Below are positions 8,526 to 16,108 of a stretch of 32,000 nucleotides of DNA, piece by piece. The translations under genes were made by a program, and so were the position numbers. A model generated the notes under the pieces. It ran no database searches, was not told the origin of the DNA, and saw only the letters and a program-made list of their open reading frames with translations. Origin of the DNA: Candidatus Nanoarchaeia archaeon (lineage in GTDB: Archaea; Nanobdellota; Nanobdellia; Woesearchaeales; JANQNC01); contig JANQNC010000001.1 of NCBI GenBank assembly GCA_028279745.1, forward strand, positions 630,001 through 662,000. The letters are read 5' to 3'. The number at the start of each line of letters is the position of its first letter. The stretch's first letter is position 1.

Positions 8526-9059
8526 TTATTTACGCTTGATGAAAACAAATCCTGCTAAAGCAGCCACTAAAATAACCAGAATTGCTGTTAAATTGAATTC
8601 AGGGATCACCTCTTGTTCAGACCCTTCAGGAACACACTGACCTAGATCACAAAAGAATCCTTCACTACACTCAATAGGAACATTGCTGCATCCATCTTCT
8701 TCTGGAGAACATGAGTCTATTGTACAAGGGTCTTGATCGTTACAGCTCCAATCTTCTTCAGAACCAACACTACAATAACCATCTCCTCCCACTAACAGCT
8801 CACAAGAGCCAATCCTATGAACTAAAGTAAGGCCATTACAGTAATAACCATTACAAATCTCTTCAACACCTATAGGTTCTGCAGGCTGACAAGAATCAAA
8901 CCCATCACACCTAAATTGAAAACTTACAAGAGTGTCAGGGTCACCACATAACGGAAGTTGACCACAGGGTGTGCCTGCAGACTCGTTTGAACAATCATCA
9001 AGTGCATAAGCTAAACTAATCGAGAAAAGAACTGCAAATAGTACTGATGCTTTCTTCAT
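8526..9059 (-). CDS. Secreted Cys-rich protein with Sec signal peptide and PEF-CTERM-like C-terminal anchor
   Basis: Signal peptide MKKASVLFAVLFSISLAYA. About 20 Cys, including DPCTIDSCSPEEDGCSNVPIEC. The C-terminus is VIPEF-NLTAILVILVAALAGFVFI-KRK. Confidence 0.7.
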   Translation of the reverse strand: MKKASVLFAVLFSISLAYALDDCSNESAGTPCGQLPLCGDPDTLVSFQFRCDGFDSCQPAEPIGVEEICNGYYCNGLTLVHRIGSCELLVGGDGYCSVGSEEDWSCNDQDPCTIDSCSPEEDGCSNVPIECSEGFFCDLGQCVPEGSEQEVIPEFNLTAILVILVAALAGFVFIKRK

Positions 9060-9138
9060 AGTATGCTTTTAGGTTTTGTAGTATATAAATCTTTTCAAAA
9101 AAGAAAATAATAAAAAGAACAAAAACTAAGATGAGTTT

Positions 9139-9660
9139 ATGAGACTATTTATAGCAGTAGAAGCAAGTGAAGAAGTTAAAGACTATCTAAAAGAAATTCA
9201 AAACAAAATAAAGAAAGCAGGGATAAGGCTGACAAAAGGATTTCATTTGACTTTAAGATTTGTTGGAGAAGTTCCGGATGAAAAAGTTGATCATCTGAAA
9301 AAGTCTCTTTCTGATATGAGATATGAGCCGTTCAAAGCTAAGCTAAATGGGATGGGTTATTTTCCAGAAGAAGGAAAGTTAAGAGTTGCGTGGGTTGGAT
9401 TGCATCCAGAGGATAAGATAAAAGAGTTGCATGAAAAAGTAGATGATGCAGTTGCAAAAATAGGATTCCAAAGAGACACAAGATTTAAGTCGCACATAAC
9501 AGTTGCGAAAGTTAAGTTTATGAAAAACAAAAGAGAGTTCAAAGATAAGATATTAAGCATAAATGTTAAACCAATGGATTTTATGATTGATAAGATAAAG
9601 TTGATAAAAAGTACTGCAACTGATACAGGTCATGTTTATGATACGATTGCGGAATTCTAG
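9139..9660 (+). CDS. ligT: RNA 2',3'-cyclic phosphodiesterase / 2'-5' RNA ligase (2H phosphoesterase, LigT/ThpR)
   Basis: 173 aa with the two H-x-T-x motifs at the expected spacing: GFHLTLRFVG and KSHITVAKV. Begins MRLFIAVE, as is typical. Confidence 0.85.
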   Translation: MRLFIAVEASEEVKDYLKEIQNKIKKAGIRLTKGFHLTLRFVGEVPDEKVDHLKKSLSDMRYEPFKAKLNGMGYFPEEGKLRVAWVGLHPEDKIKELHEKVDDAVAKIGFQRDTRFKSHITVAKVKFMKNKREFKDKILSINVKPMDFMIDKIKLIKSTATDTGHVYDTIAEF

Positions 9661-9705
9661 AATAAGAAAAAAAGTAAAAATAAGAAAAATAAAAGAAAGG
9701 AAAAA

Positions 9706-10179
9706 TTATTCCTCTTTCTTCTCTTCTTCAGCCGGTTCTGGAAGGTCGTCAGGAGTTTCAGGCTCTTCTTCTACTGGAGCTTCTTCCTTAGTCTCTTCTT
9801 CAGCTGGCTCTTCACCAAAGTCATCAGATGCAGGTTCAGGTTCTGCAGGCTCTTCAGCCACAGGCTCTTCCTCTGCTGCAGGCTCTTCACCAAAATCATC
9901 TGAAGGTGCTTCCTCTTGAGGAGCTTCTTCAGCTGCAGGTGCATCTGCTGCGCCAACAACTTCACCAAAGCCTACTTTTCGCAGAACTCTGCTGATCTTA
10001 ATCTTAACGTTGTCTCCTTCATTTACGTTAGGGACAAAAACTACAAATCCCTTAACTTTTGCGATACCATCACCTTTCTCGCCTACTGCTTCTATATTTA
10101 CGTCATACTCTTCCCCGACCTTAACAGGGACAAATCGCGGTCTTCTGTCAAAACCGCCTCGGTCATTTCCATATTCCAT
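9706..10179 (-). CDS. Stand-alone TRAM-domain protein with a long acidic repeat tail
   Basis: PVKVGEEYDVNIEAVGEKGDGIAKVKGFVVFVPNVNEGDNVKIKISRVLRKVGFGEVV is a TRAM beta-barrel. About 85 aa of E/P/A-rich tail follow, with SDDFGEEPA(A/E)EEE occurring twice. Confidence 0.8.
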   Translation of the reverse strand: MEYGNDRGGFDRRPRFVPVKVGEEYDVNIEAVGEKGDGIAKVKGFVVFVPNVNEGDNVKIKISRVLRKVGFGEVVGAADAPAAEEAPQEEAPSDDFGEEPAAEEEPVAEEPAEPEPASDDFGEEPAEEETKEEAPVEEEPETPDDLPEPAEEEKKEE

Positions 10180-10290
10180 ATTGTTTACCTCTGTATTTAA
10201 TAGCTGCTTAGCTTATAAGCAACGAGCCATAGTTAGTATATTGAGTATTTAAATCTTTTCTTAGAAGTATATAATAAAAAAATAAAGACC

Positions 10291-11226
10291 TTAAAGGTCC
10301 TTAATTCCAAGCTCTTCAATCATGAAGTTGCACTCAGCATCTGGCAAGTTTGGTGCGTCAACAAGTTTTGCAACTCTTGAGCCTTTCTTACCTTTTCTCA
10401 GATAAATCCTGAATGTTGAGTTATGACCAACAATATGTCCTCCGATAGCTTCAGTAGGGTCACCAAAGAATTGATCTGGCTTTGACATAACTTGGTTTGT
10501 AACGATAACACAAACGTTATACATCTGAGCAACTTTAGCTAAGTCATGCATGTGCTTGTTTAGTTTTTGTTGCCTATCCGCTAGTGTTCCTCTACCCACA
10601 AACTCAGCTCTGAAGTGAGATGTTAATGAGTCTACTACTAACACTTTTACGTTAGTTCCACTCTTGATTAACTCTTCAGCTTTGCTAACTAATAACATCT
10701 GATGATCTGAATTGTAAGCTCTAGCAACCTTAACGTTTTTTAGAACTTCATCAGGATCTAAGTTTGCACCTTCTGCAAATTGTTTGATTCTTTCAGGTCT
10801 AAAGCTGCCTTCAGTATCAATATAGATCGTTTCTGATTCAGGATCTTGAAGCTGAGCAGTTACTGCAATTAAGTGTGCTATTTGAGTTTTGCCCCCACCA
10901 TAAGGAGCGTAAAGTTCTGTGATAGACCCAGTTTCAAAACCACCACCCATGATATCGTCAAAACTTTGACTTGATGTGGATAGTTTAACTATTAACTCTC
11001 TCTTCTTAAGAAGTTCATCTCCTGATTCGAAACCCATCTCCAATGCGTCTCTTGCAGAAGATATCATCTTTCTTGCAGTTGATTCTGTAACGCCCGCAGC
11101 GTCTACCATCTTTCCAGGAGTAGATACAGCAATGCTCATTAAGTTGTCAAAACCTGCTCCGACAAGTTTCTCAGCAGTTGCAGCCCCTACACCAGGCAAT
11201 TCTTGAATTTGTTGTGCTTCAGTCAT
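10291..11226 (-). CDS. radA: DNA repair and recombination protein RadA
   Basis: HhH ELPGVGAATAEKLVGAGF, Walker A YAPYGGGKTQ, Walker B VKVLVVDSLTSHFRAEF, and GGHIVGHNSTFRIYLRKGK. I prefer the ATG at 11226 (MTEAQQ..., preceded by AGGTGATAAT). The ORF-track start at 11253 (MKKEKKGDN...) is possible if the transcript is leaderless. Confidence 0.9.
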   Translation of the reverse strand: MTEAQQIQELPGVGAATAEKLVGAGFDNLMSIAVSTPGKMVDAAGVTESTARKMISSARDALEMGFESGDELLKKRELIVKLSTSSQSFDDIMGGGFETGSITELYAPYGGGKTQIAHLIAVTAQLQDPESETIYIDTEGSFRPERIKQFAEGANLDPDEVLKNVKVARAYNSDHQMLLVSKAEELIKSGTNVKVLVVDSLTSHFRAEFVGRGTLADRQQKLNKHMHDLAKVAQMYNVCVIVTNQVMSKPDQFFGDPTEAIGGHIVGHNSTFRIYLRKGKKGSRVAKLVDAPNLPDAECNFMIEELGIKDL

Positions 11227-11272
11227 ATTATCACCTTTTTTTTCTTTTTTCATTTTATTATACCTTGATTTG

Positions 11273-11281
11273 TTTATATAC
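11273..11281 (-). promoter_or_regulatory. TATA-box candidate for radA
   Basis: The minus strand reads GTATATAAA about 20-28 nt upstream of the 11253 ATG and ~50 nt upstream of the 11226 ATG. Confidence 0.35.
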
Positions 11282-11416
11282 TCTATTTTAGGCCATGTCC
11301 AGTGACCAGTGGTGTACGGAATGCATTCCTACCAGTAGTATAGTCGAGGAGTTTAATAAACTTTTTTATGCAATTATCGGAAAGAGTTATAAAGGCTACA
11401 GTATTCCTAGTATATA

Positions 11417-11575
11417 ATGGTGGTAAATCTCCCGAAATATAAGAAGAAATGCAGAGGATGTGACAAGTTTAAATTCATCAAACCAGGATGGAGCTACTGC
11501 ATGGAATGTTACGAGAAAAACTACGGAAAATACAAGGGAGAAGACAGAAAGTTATTTGTTAATGCAAATAAGTAA
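11417..11575 (+). CDS. Small zinc-ribbon protein (52 aa), absent from the ORF track (<60 aa)
   Basis: Hand translation: MVVNLPKYKKKCRGCDKFKFIKPGWSYCMECYEKNYGKYKGEDRKLFVNANK, with CxxC...CxxC. A TATA-like GTTATAAAGG at 11385-11394 lies ~25-30 nt upstream, so the transcript may be leaderless. Confidence 0.55.
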   Translation: MVVNLPKYKKKCRGCDKFKFIKPGWSYCMECYEKNYGKYKGEDRKLFVNANK

Positions 11576-11577
11576 AA

Positions 11578-11925
11578 TCAATTTGACTTCTTTAGAGCTT
11601 CAGCAAAATCTTGTACTGTTCTGTAAAAGAATATGTGAGGCAATGAACCAACTTTTGTAAGTTTTACAGTTTCTTCAACAAGAGGTGTTGTGATAACTCT
11701 AAGATATCTTTGAGAGCCGTTGATGTTGTTTAGAACTTTAGCCAACAACCCAATTTCAACAGAGTTAATCTTATCTGATTTGCCAAAATCAATAACAATA
11801 TCTCTAAGAGAATCTTGTCTTAAACAGCCATGTACTTCTTTCTTAAGCTTATCCCACTCATTACCATATTGCTTGTCATATTTCAAGTACGTAAAACCAG
11901 GATAATCCTTTCTAATCAAAGGCAT
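11578..11925 (-). CDS. STAS-domain-like protein (SpoIIAA / anti-sigma antagonist fold), tentative
   Basis: 115 aa. IVIDFGKSDKINSVEIGLLAKVLNNINGSQRYLRVITTPLVEETVKLTKVGSLPHIFFYRTVQDFAEAL follows the beta-alpha pattern of STAS domains. Confidence 0.5.
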   Translation of the reverse strand: MPLIRKDYPGFTYLKYDKQYGNEWDKLKKEVHGCLRQDSLRDIVIDFGKSDKINSVEIGLLAKVLNNINGSQRYLRVITTPLVEETVKLTKVGSLPHIFFYRTVQDFAEALKKSN

Positions 11926-11987
11926 TGTTCTATCAGAAAAGAGGTTTTTATTTATAAATGTTTCGTTTTTTAACTACTTTAAAGTAG

Positions 11988-12149
11988 TTACTTCTTTTTC
12001 TTTATACTTAAACCAATCACAAAGAAAGCCAACCCAATAATCCAAATACCTGTGTTAGGTTTTGCTATACCCACAATAAACCAAACAGCACCTAACGTAA
12101 TGAAGATCTCTCTGTCAACTTTCTTAACTTGTTCTAACGCTTTTTTCAT
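11988..12149 (-). CDS. Small membrane protein (53 aa), absent from the ORF track
   Basis: Hand translation: MKKALEQVKKVDREIFITLGAVWFIVGIAKPNTGIWIIGLAFFVIGLSIKKKK. Its ATG overlaps the upstream stop (ATGA at 12146-12149). Confidence 0.5.
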   Translation of the reverse strand: MKKALEQVKKVDREIFITLGAVWFIVGIAKPNTGIWIIGLAFFVIGLSIKKKK

Positions 12150-12409
12150 TTTAAGATAAAAAAGATTATTCCCAAGATTAAAGTCAGTGCCAAAAGTGCT
12201 CCGACCACCAAAGCGGTTACTTTAGATTTTTTAAGGTTTGTTTCAAACTTGTTAATGCTCACCAAACCATAGATGAAACAACCCATACCCACCCCTTTTA
12301 TCAGATCCTGGATGACCTCTTTGCTTGAACCTGCAAAGAACCACATCAAAACACCTGCAATAGTTAAAGCGATCGCTAAAACTTTTCTATTTTTTTCTAC
12401 TTCACTCAT
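12146..12409 (-). CDS. Small 3-TM membrane protein (87 aa)
   Basis: ORF with hydrophobic helices LAIALTIAGVLMWFFAG, GVGMGCFIYGLV and ALVVGALLALTLILGIIFFIL. It has 4-nt overlaps with both neighbours. Confidence 0.6.
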   Translation of the reverse strand: MSEVEKNRKVLAIALTIAGVLMWFFAGSSKEVIQDLIKGVGMGCFIYGLVSINKFETNLKKSKVTALVVGALLALTLILGIIFFILK

Positions 12410-12717
12410 CTTTTATGTGCTACGAACAATCCACCCAATACAAGAGCAAGAACTATTGCAACAATGCCTCCTGTTGATAACTCTGGAATCTCTTCAAATC
12501 CTTCTGGCACACACATCCTGCCTTCTTCACAGAATTCACCATTCCACTGACACTGATAGTACGGGTTATCTCCCACAAAACGATTTGGGCATTCTTCAAA
12601 TGTGTAAATTCCACACGCTTCGCCAGGACCTGCCTGGCTAGGATCAAAACAAGTTTCTATTGCCAGTGCAGTTGTTGTCAATAATAAAGTCATCATCAGA
12701 AAAAATAGTTTTTTCAT
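12406..12717 (-). CDS. Small secreted Cys-rich protein with C-terminal PEL + TM + basic anchor
   Basis: Signal peptide MKKLFFLMMTLLLTTTALA, 6 Cys, and C-terminus EEIPEL-STGGIVAIVLALVLGGLFVA-HKR. Confidence 0.65.
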   Translation of the reverse strand: MKKLFFLMMTLLLTTTALAIETCFDPSQAGPGEACGIYTFEECPNRFVGDNPYYQCQWNGEFCEEGRMCVPEGFEEIPELSTGGIVAIVLALVLGGLFVAHKR

Positions 12718-12962
12718 TTTCGTTTGCCTCTCTTTTTTGATTTTTTACCTTTCATCTTTGAAAACACAAAAATGTAAAGTATAGGTAGAATACCTAACGT
12801 GTTAAAGATAAATATGCAGATGAACCACGCTAACTTGTTATTCTTTGCAGCTTTCCACATCGCAATACCTTTCCAAACTGCTTCCCAGATCATCAAAGGT
12901 ATAATCGCAAGTGATATGCCTGCAAGTAAAGTTTCGTATGACATTTTAGTGCATAATGGCAT
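12714..12962 (-). CDS. Small membrane protein, DUF5652 / PLDc_N-like two-helix family (tentative)
   Basis: IWEAVWKGIAMWKAAKNNKLAWFICIFIFNTLGILPILYIFVFS followed by a K/R-rich tail. I recall this pattern from DUF5652-type proteins common in CPR/DPANN genomes. Confidence 0.55.
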   Translation of the reverse strand: MPLCTKMSYETLLAGISLAIIPLMIWEAVWKGIAMWKAAKNNKLAWFICIFIFNTLGILPILYIFVFSKMKGKKSKKRGKRK

Positions 12963-13001
12963 TGAGAGTATTTAAATATTTAGAAAAAAAAAGAAAAAAT
13001 C

Positions 13002-13202
13002 TTACTTTTTACAGTAAGCATGCTTCATAGGCACTATGGCAGCAACAACTGCAATAACCAAATACCAGTACCATTCAAGGTAAAGTATTCCTGACCAAAG
13101 CTTTGCAACCATCAAGATAAAAGCTGCAGCTGAAAGTTTAGTCAAACTTATATCATACCATTTCAAGTTCTTTATTTTTTTATTTAAATTTTTGAAACAC
13201 AT
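13002..13202 (-). CDS. Small 2-TM membrane protein (66 aa; trimmed start)
   Basis: MCFKNLNKKIKNLKWYDISLTKLSAAAFILMVAKLW...YLVIAVVAAIV. The internal ATG at 13202 is preceded by AGAGGTGATAAT. The longer track ORF (to 13259) overlaps the next gene. Confidence 0.55.
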   Translation of the reverse strand: MCFKNLNKKIKNLKWYDISLTKLSAAAFILMVAKLWSGILYLEWYWYLVIAVVAAIVPMKHAYCKK

Positions 13203-13206
13203 ATTA

Positions 13207-13374
13207 TCACCTCTTTGTTTTTGAAATTGCCATAATAACAAAACCCGCACCAAGACCAATTAACGTACCTGCAGGAATATTACCTGTAATAAAACCAACA
13301 CCAATACCTATCAATAGACCTCCAGGAATAAATAAACCTGAAGGATCGTCTTTATCACTTTTCTTCTTAACCAT
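13207..13374 (-). CDS. Small Gly-rich membrane protein (55 aa), absent from the ORF track
   Basis: Hand translation: MVKKKSDKDDPSGLFIPGGLLIGIGVGFITGNIPAGTLIGLGAGFVIMAISKTKR. Confidence 0.5.
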   Translation of the reverse strand: MVKKKSDKDDPSGLFIPGGLLIGIGVGFITGNIPAGTLIGLGAGFVIMAISKTKR

Positions 13375-13431
13375 AACAACCACCTCTAAGGGTTTTTTGT
13401 TCTATGAGTTTAAAAAACTAGCGGTAGAATA

Positions 13432-13692
13432 TTACTTAGGATAAAATGCTTCTTTTAGTTTGTTACTAAAATCGGATCTGAACTTATGACCGCATTTCTT
13501 GCAAGTCCAGCCACCCCACAAAAACTGATCCCAACTGTCAGGAATTCTTATAAGAGGTGGTTTCTTGCCGCATTTAGGGCAAGGCTTTCTGGTTATGTAG
13601 TTAAAGATCAACAAAATAATAACTATTGGAACACAAAATATTGCAACTACCGCAACCATCATAATGAGTGTGATAACTATTTCTGAAACCAT
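13432..13692 (-). CDS. Membrane-anchored zinc-ribbon protein (86 aa)
   Basis: N-terminal TM IVITLIMMVAVVAIFCVPIVIILLIF, then CPKCGKK...x20...CKKCGHKF. Confidence 0.6.
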   Translation of the reverse strand: MVSEIVITLIMMVAVVAIFCVPIVIILLIFNYITRKPCPKCGKKPPLIRIPDSWDQFLWGGWTCKKCGHKFRSDFSNKLKEAFYPK

Positions 13693-13728
13693 ATAATGAA
13701 GGAAATTGAAGAAATATATAAATTATAG

Positions 13729-14187
13729 CTAAAAAATGTTATTTGTTAATTTCAAAAAACCTAAAGTGATAAAAACTCCCAACATAATGTAATCTGCAAT
13801 GCCTCCAGATTTAAGGAAGCCTTTGAGTTTTAGTTTCTTTAGTGGGAAAAGGAAAGCAATGCCTTGATGGTTCAATGCGTCAAGTATTAAATGAGACGAG
13901 TAACCAACCAAGATCGCTATGATTATTAATTGATTACCCCATGCAAGATAAGCTAAGATAGCGAATAAAGCAACCGCCAATAACGAGTGAAAGAAACCTC
14001 TATGACTGAAAAGCCAACCCAAAGGCTTAAACCATCTGCCAAGTTTAGAATCCGGGTGATCAATATCTGCAAATATCGAAGACACAAGAACAAAAAACAT
14101 GAACAGAAGTTCTTGGCTGATGTTAAAAAAATCTATAGCATATAACCCAACTAAAAAACCAAAAGCAAGGTGAGTGAAGAATTTCAT
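13729..14187 (-). CDS. Membrane-bound metal-dependent hydrolase, YdjM/DUF457 family
   Basis: MKFFTHLAFGFLVG, ADIDHPDSKLGR, GFFHSLL and SSHLILDALNHQGIAFLFPL are characteristic His/Asp motifs in a 4-TM scaffold. Confidence 0.75.
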   Translation of the reverse strand: MKFFTHLAFGFLVGLYAIDFFNISQELLFMFFVLVSSIFADIDHPDSKLGRWFKPLGWLFSHRGFFHSLLAVALFAILAYLAWGNQLIIIAILVGYSSHLILDALNHQGIAFLFPLKKLKLKGFLKSGGIADYIMLGVFITLGFLKLTNNIF

Positions 14188-15176
14188 TTTAGCGCTTTTG
14201 CTTCTTCCTCAGGATTAGGGTTGGTGAAAACCAAATTAGAAGTGAATTCAAGGTCATTACTCATAGGATTCCGTCTTGTCTTGCCAACAACCTTAATTAT
14301 AGAACCAACAACATCATTTCTAAGTTCTTCAAACTCTTCAGGATTATCCTTAATTTTTAAGAAATCATCATTCTTTGAATTGAAAAGTCTAAGAACCTGG
14401 TTTCTGTAAAAAGCAGTTCTTATAACTCCAGAACCATCATCAACTGATGCATTTAGCACGTATGAGAAAATAGGTGTTACTTTACCATGTTGTTGGCAGT
14501 TGTAATCTTCTTCAGATCTAACCCTTCTACCACATTGAGGGCAGACCTCAAAAAAGTTAGGATTAAAAACTTGAACAACATGTCCCAATAAGTCTATGTT
14601 TTCGTCGTTTTCTTGTAATTCACTAATCTTCTTTCTAGTAGATGGTGCAAATGTTGATTCTTTAACTTCAATTGAGACTCCTTTTGGATTCATGACCATA
14701 TCAGACTTATCATTAAGATGTAGTTCTCTAAAACCTTGGTTCTCTTTAACCCTTGCATTCTTTATCTTGATTATATCTCCTTCCTTAATCTCCCTTAATT
14801 TGTCTGCTTGATCGTTCCATAAAGTGATCCTTATCTTGCCAGTCTCATCACCTATGAAAAATGCGCCAACTTGGCCTTCCCGATCATTTTTTGTTTTGAA
14901 CTTTCTAACATCAAAAATTCTAGTAACTTTACCAACAGTATTAACACTTCTTCTGTCAGTAGAAATATTTTTTATCTTAAGCTCTCCCTGCGGAGCTATT
15001 TCCTCAAAAAGCTTAACACCTTTCTCATTAGCAATTATGTGTGCTGCGCCCTCTTTTGAGATCAAACCAGATAATTGCTCAAGCTTATCTGCAACCAATT
15101 CATCAATCTCTTCAGTAGAAATCTTTGTTGTTTCTGAAATCTTTTCAACTATCTCCGAATATGTCAGTCTAAACAC
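14184..15176 (-). CDS. rpa: Replication protein A-like ssDNA-binding protein (OB folds + Zn finger)
   Basis: N-terminal helical domain (SEIVEKISETTKISTEEIDELV...GAAHIIANEKGV). OB-fold segments VNTVGKVTRIFDVRKFKTKNDREGQVGAFFIGDETGKIRITLWNDQA and IDLLGHVVQV. Zn finger CPQCGRRVRSEEDYNCQQH (Cx2Cx11Cx2H). GTG start preceded by GGGAGGGGGAT. Confidence 0.8.
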   Translation of the reverse strand: MFRLTYSEIVEKISETTKISTEEIDELVADKLEQLSGLISKEGAAHIIANEKGVKLFEEIAPQGELKIKNISTDRRSVNTVGKVTRIFDVRKFKTKNDREGQVGAFFIGDETGKIRITLWNDQADKLREIKEGDIIKIKNARVKENQGFRELHLNDKSDMVMNPKGVSIEVKESTFAPSTRKKISELQENDENIDLLGHVVQVFNPNFFEVCPQCGRRVRSEEDYNCQQHGKVTPIFSYVLNASVDDGSGVIRTAFYRNQVLRLFNSKNDDFLKIKDNPEEFEELRNDVVGSIIKVVGKTRRNPMSNDLEFTSNLVFTNPNPEEEAKALK

Positions 15177-15236
15177 TTTTAATCCCCCTCCCTAACTTGT
15201 AGAGCGGAGCAGATCATATAAAAAAGTATCTGTTAG

Positions 15237-16073
15237 CTATTTAAAGAAAAATAAGACCTTCTTAAAGAATATCAAAATTAGGATAATCACAACAATTGCA
15301 ACCAGTAATAAAGTAGTCAGATTAAAACCGAATTTAAAAATACGTTTACTCTTAATATTTTCTGGATTTTGAAACAAATCTGAAACTTCTGATCCAGTCA
15401 GAACTCTGTCCCAAATCGCAGCTTCATCGATTAATCCTTTAAACGCATGAAAATTATCCCAAGGCTGAGCACCAAAGTTTAAGTCTAAGTCTGGAGACTT
15501 TCTCCAACCATTGCCTGTTGATGAGTTGTCTTCAATCTTACCATTAACAAAAAGTTGGGTTCCTTCAGAAGTATCCCAAGTTATAGTTATATGATACCAT
15601 TGGTTTAATAGAACCTCTGTAGTTGATATTAGTTCTGTTGGTGTGTTATCTTTCATCATGTGAAAATGGAATCTATTGTCCTTCTCTTCTCCACCTACAG
15701 AAACATATTCATAATCACCATACCTGCCGATAAACCTTGGCGAATCATTTTTGTTAGAGTTATAGCTCATAGGGTAAACCCACATAGAAATAGAACCCCT
15801 TTCCATATTATCCATATTGTTTAGCTTGTTGTTAAACCAAATCTTTTCTCCATTACCCCCAAATCTTATTGATCCACCCACTTTACCGTTAGGCTCATAC
15901 CTTGCACCTGAAGAAAGAACTGCGTTGATTGAACCCCAATCATCTCTTACTGGATCAAACCTGCCGTCAAAACTCCAATAGCCAACTAAACCTTCTTCAT
16001 GATCAAGAGGGTCTGCACTGACTAAGCTTATTGTGACTAATAATAGTAGTGTAAAAGTAAATAGTTTATTCAT
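15237..16073 (-). CDS. Secreted LamG / concanavalin-A-like lectin domain protein with C-terminal TM anchor
   Basis: Signal peptide MNKLFTFTLLLLVTISLVSA. LVGYWSFDG, GGSIRFGGNGEKIWF, GSISMWVYP, WYHITITWDTSEGTQLFVNGK and GLIDEAAIWDRVLTGSEVSDLF are typical Laminin_G_3 motifs. C-terminal helix LTTLLLVAIVVIILILIFF. Confidence 0.8.
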   Translation of the reverse strand: MNKLFTFTLLLLVTISLVSADPLDHEEGLVGYWSFDGRFDPVRDDWGSINAVLSSGARYEPNGKVGGSIRFGGNGEKIWFNNKLNNMDNMERGSISMWVYPMSYNSNKNDSPRFIGRYGDYEYVSVGGEEKDNRFHFHMMKDNTPTELISTTEVLLNQWYHITITWDTSEGTQLFVNGKIEDNSSTGNGWRKSPDLDLNFGAQPWDNFHAFKGLIDEAAIWDRVLTGSEVSDLFQNPENIKSKRIFKFGFNLTTLLLVAIVVIILILIFFKKVLFFFK

Positions 16074-16108
16074 AAGTGAGCATCTTAGTGCATTTTATAA
16101 AAATGTTT

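Noticed and set aside
9632-9919. A plus-strand 95-aa Ser/Gly-rich ORF that could be read as a secreted low-complexity protein.
   Set aside because: It is the reverse-complement reading of the GAA/GAG-rich acidic tail of the TRAM gene. It also overlaps the 3' end of ligT and has no independent start context.
11460-11660. A plus-strand 66-aa track ORF in the radA-STAS intergenic area.
   Set aside because: It overlaps, out of frame, the better-supported 52-aa zinc-ribbon ORF (11417..11575, with TATA context and CxxC pairs). It also runs into the STAS-like gene on the other strand.
12273-12641. A plus-strand 122-aa ORF and other plus-strand ORFs across the small-membrane-protein operon and the RPA gene (13486..13686, 14170..14409, 14596..15195).
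   Set aside because: They are antisense to compact, overlap-coupled minus-strand genes that have clear TM, OB-fold and Zn-finger features. They have no recognisable motifs of their own.
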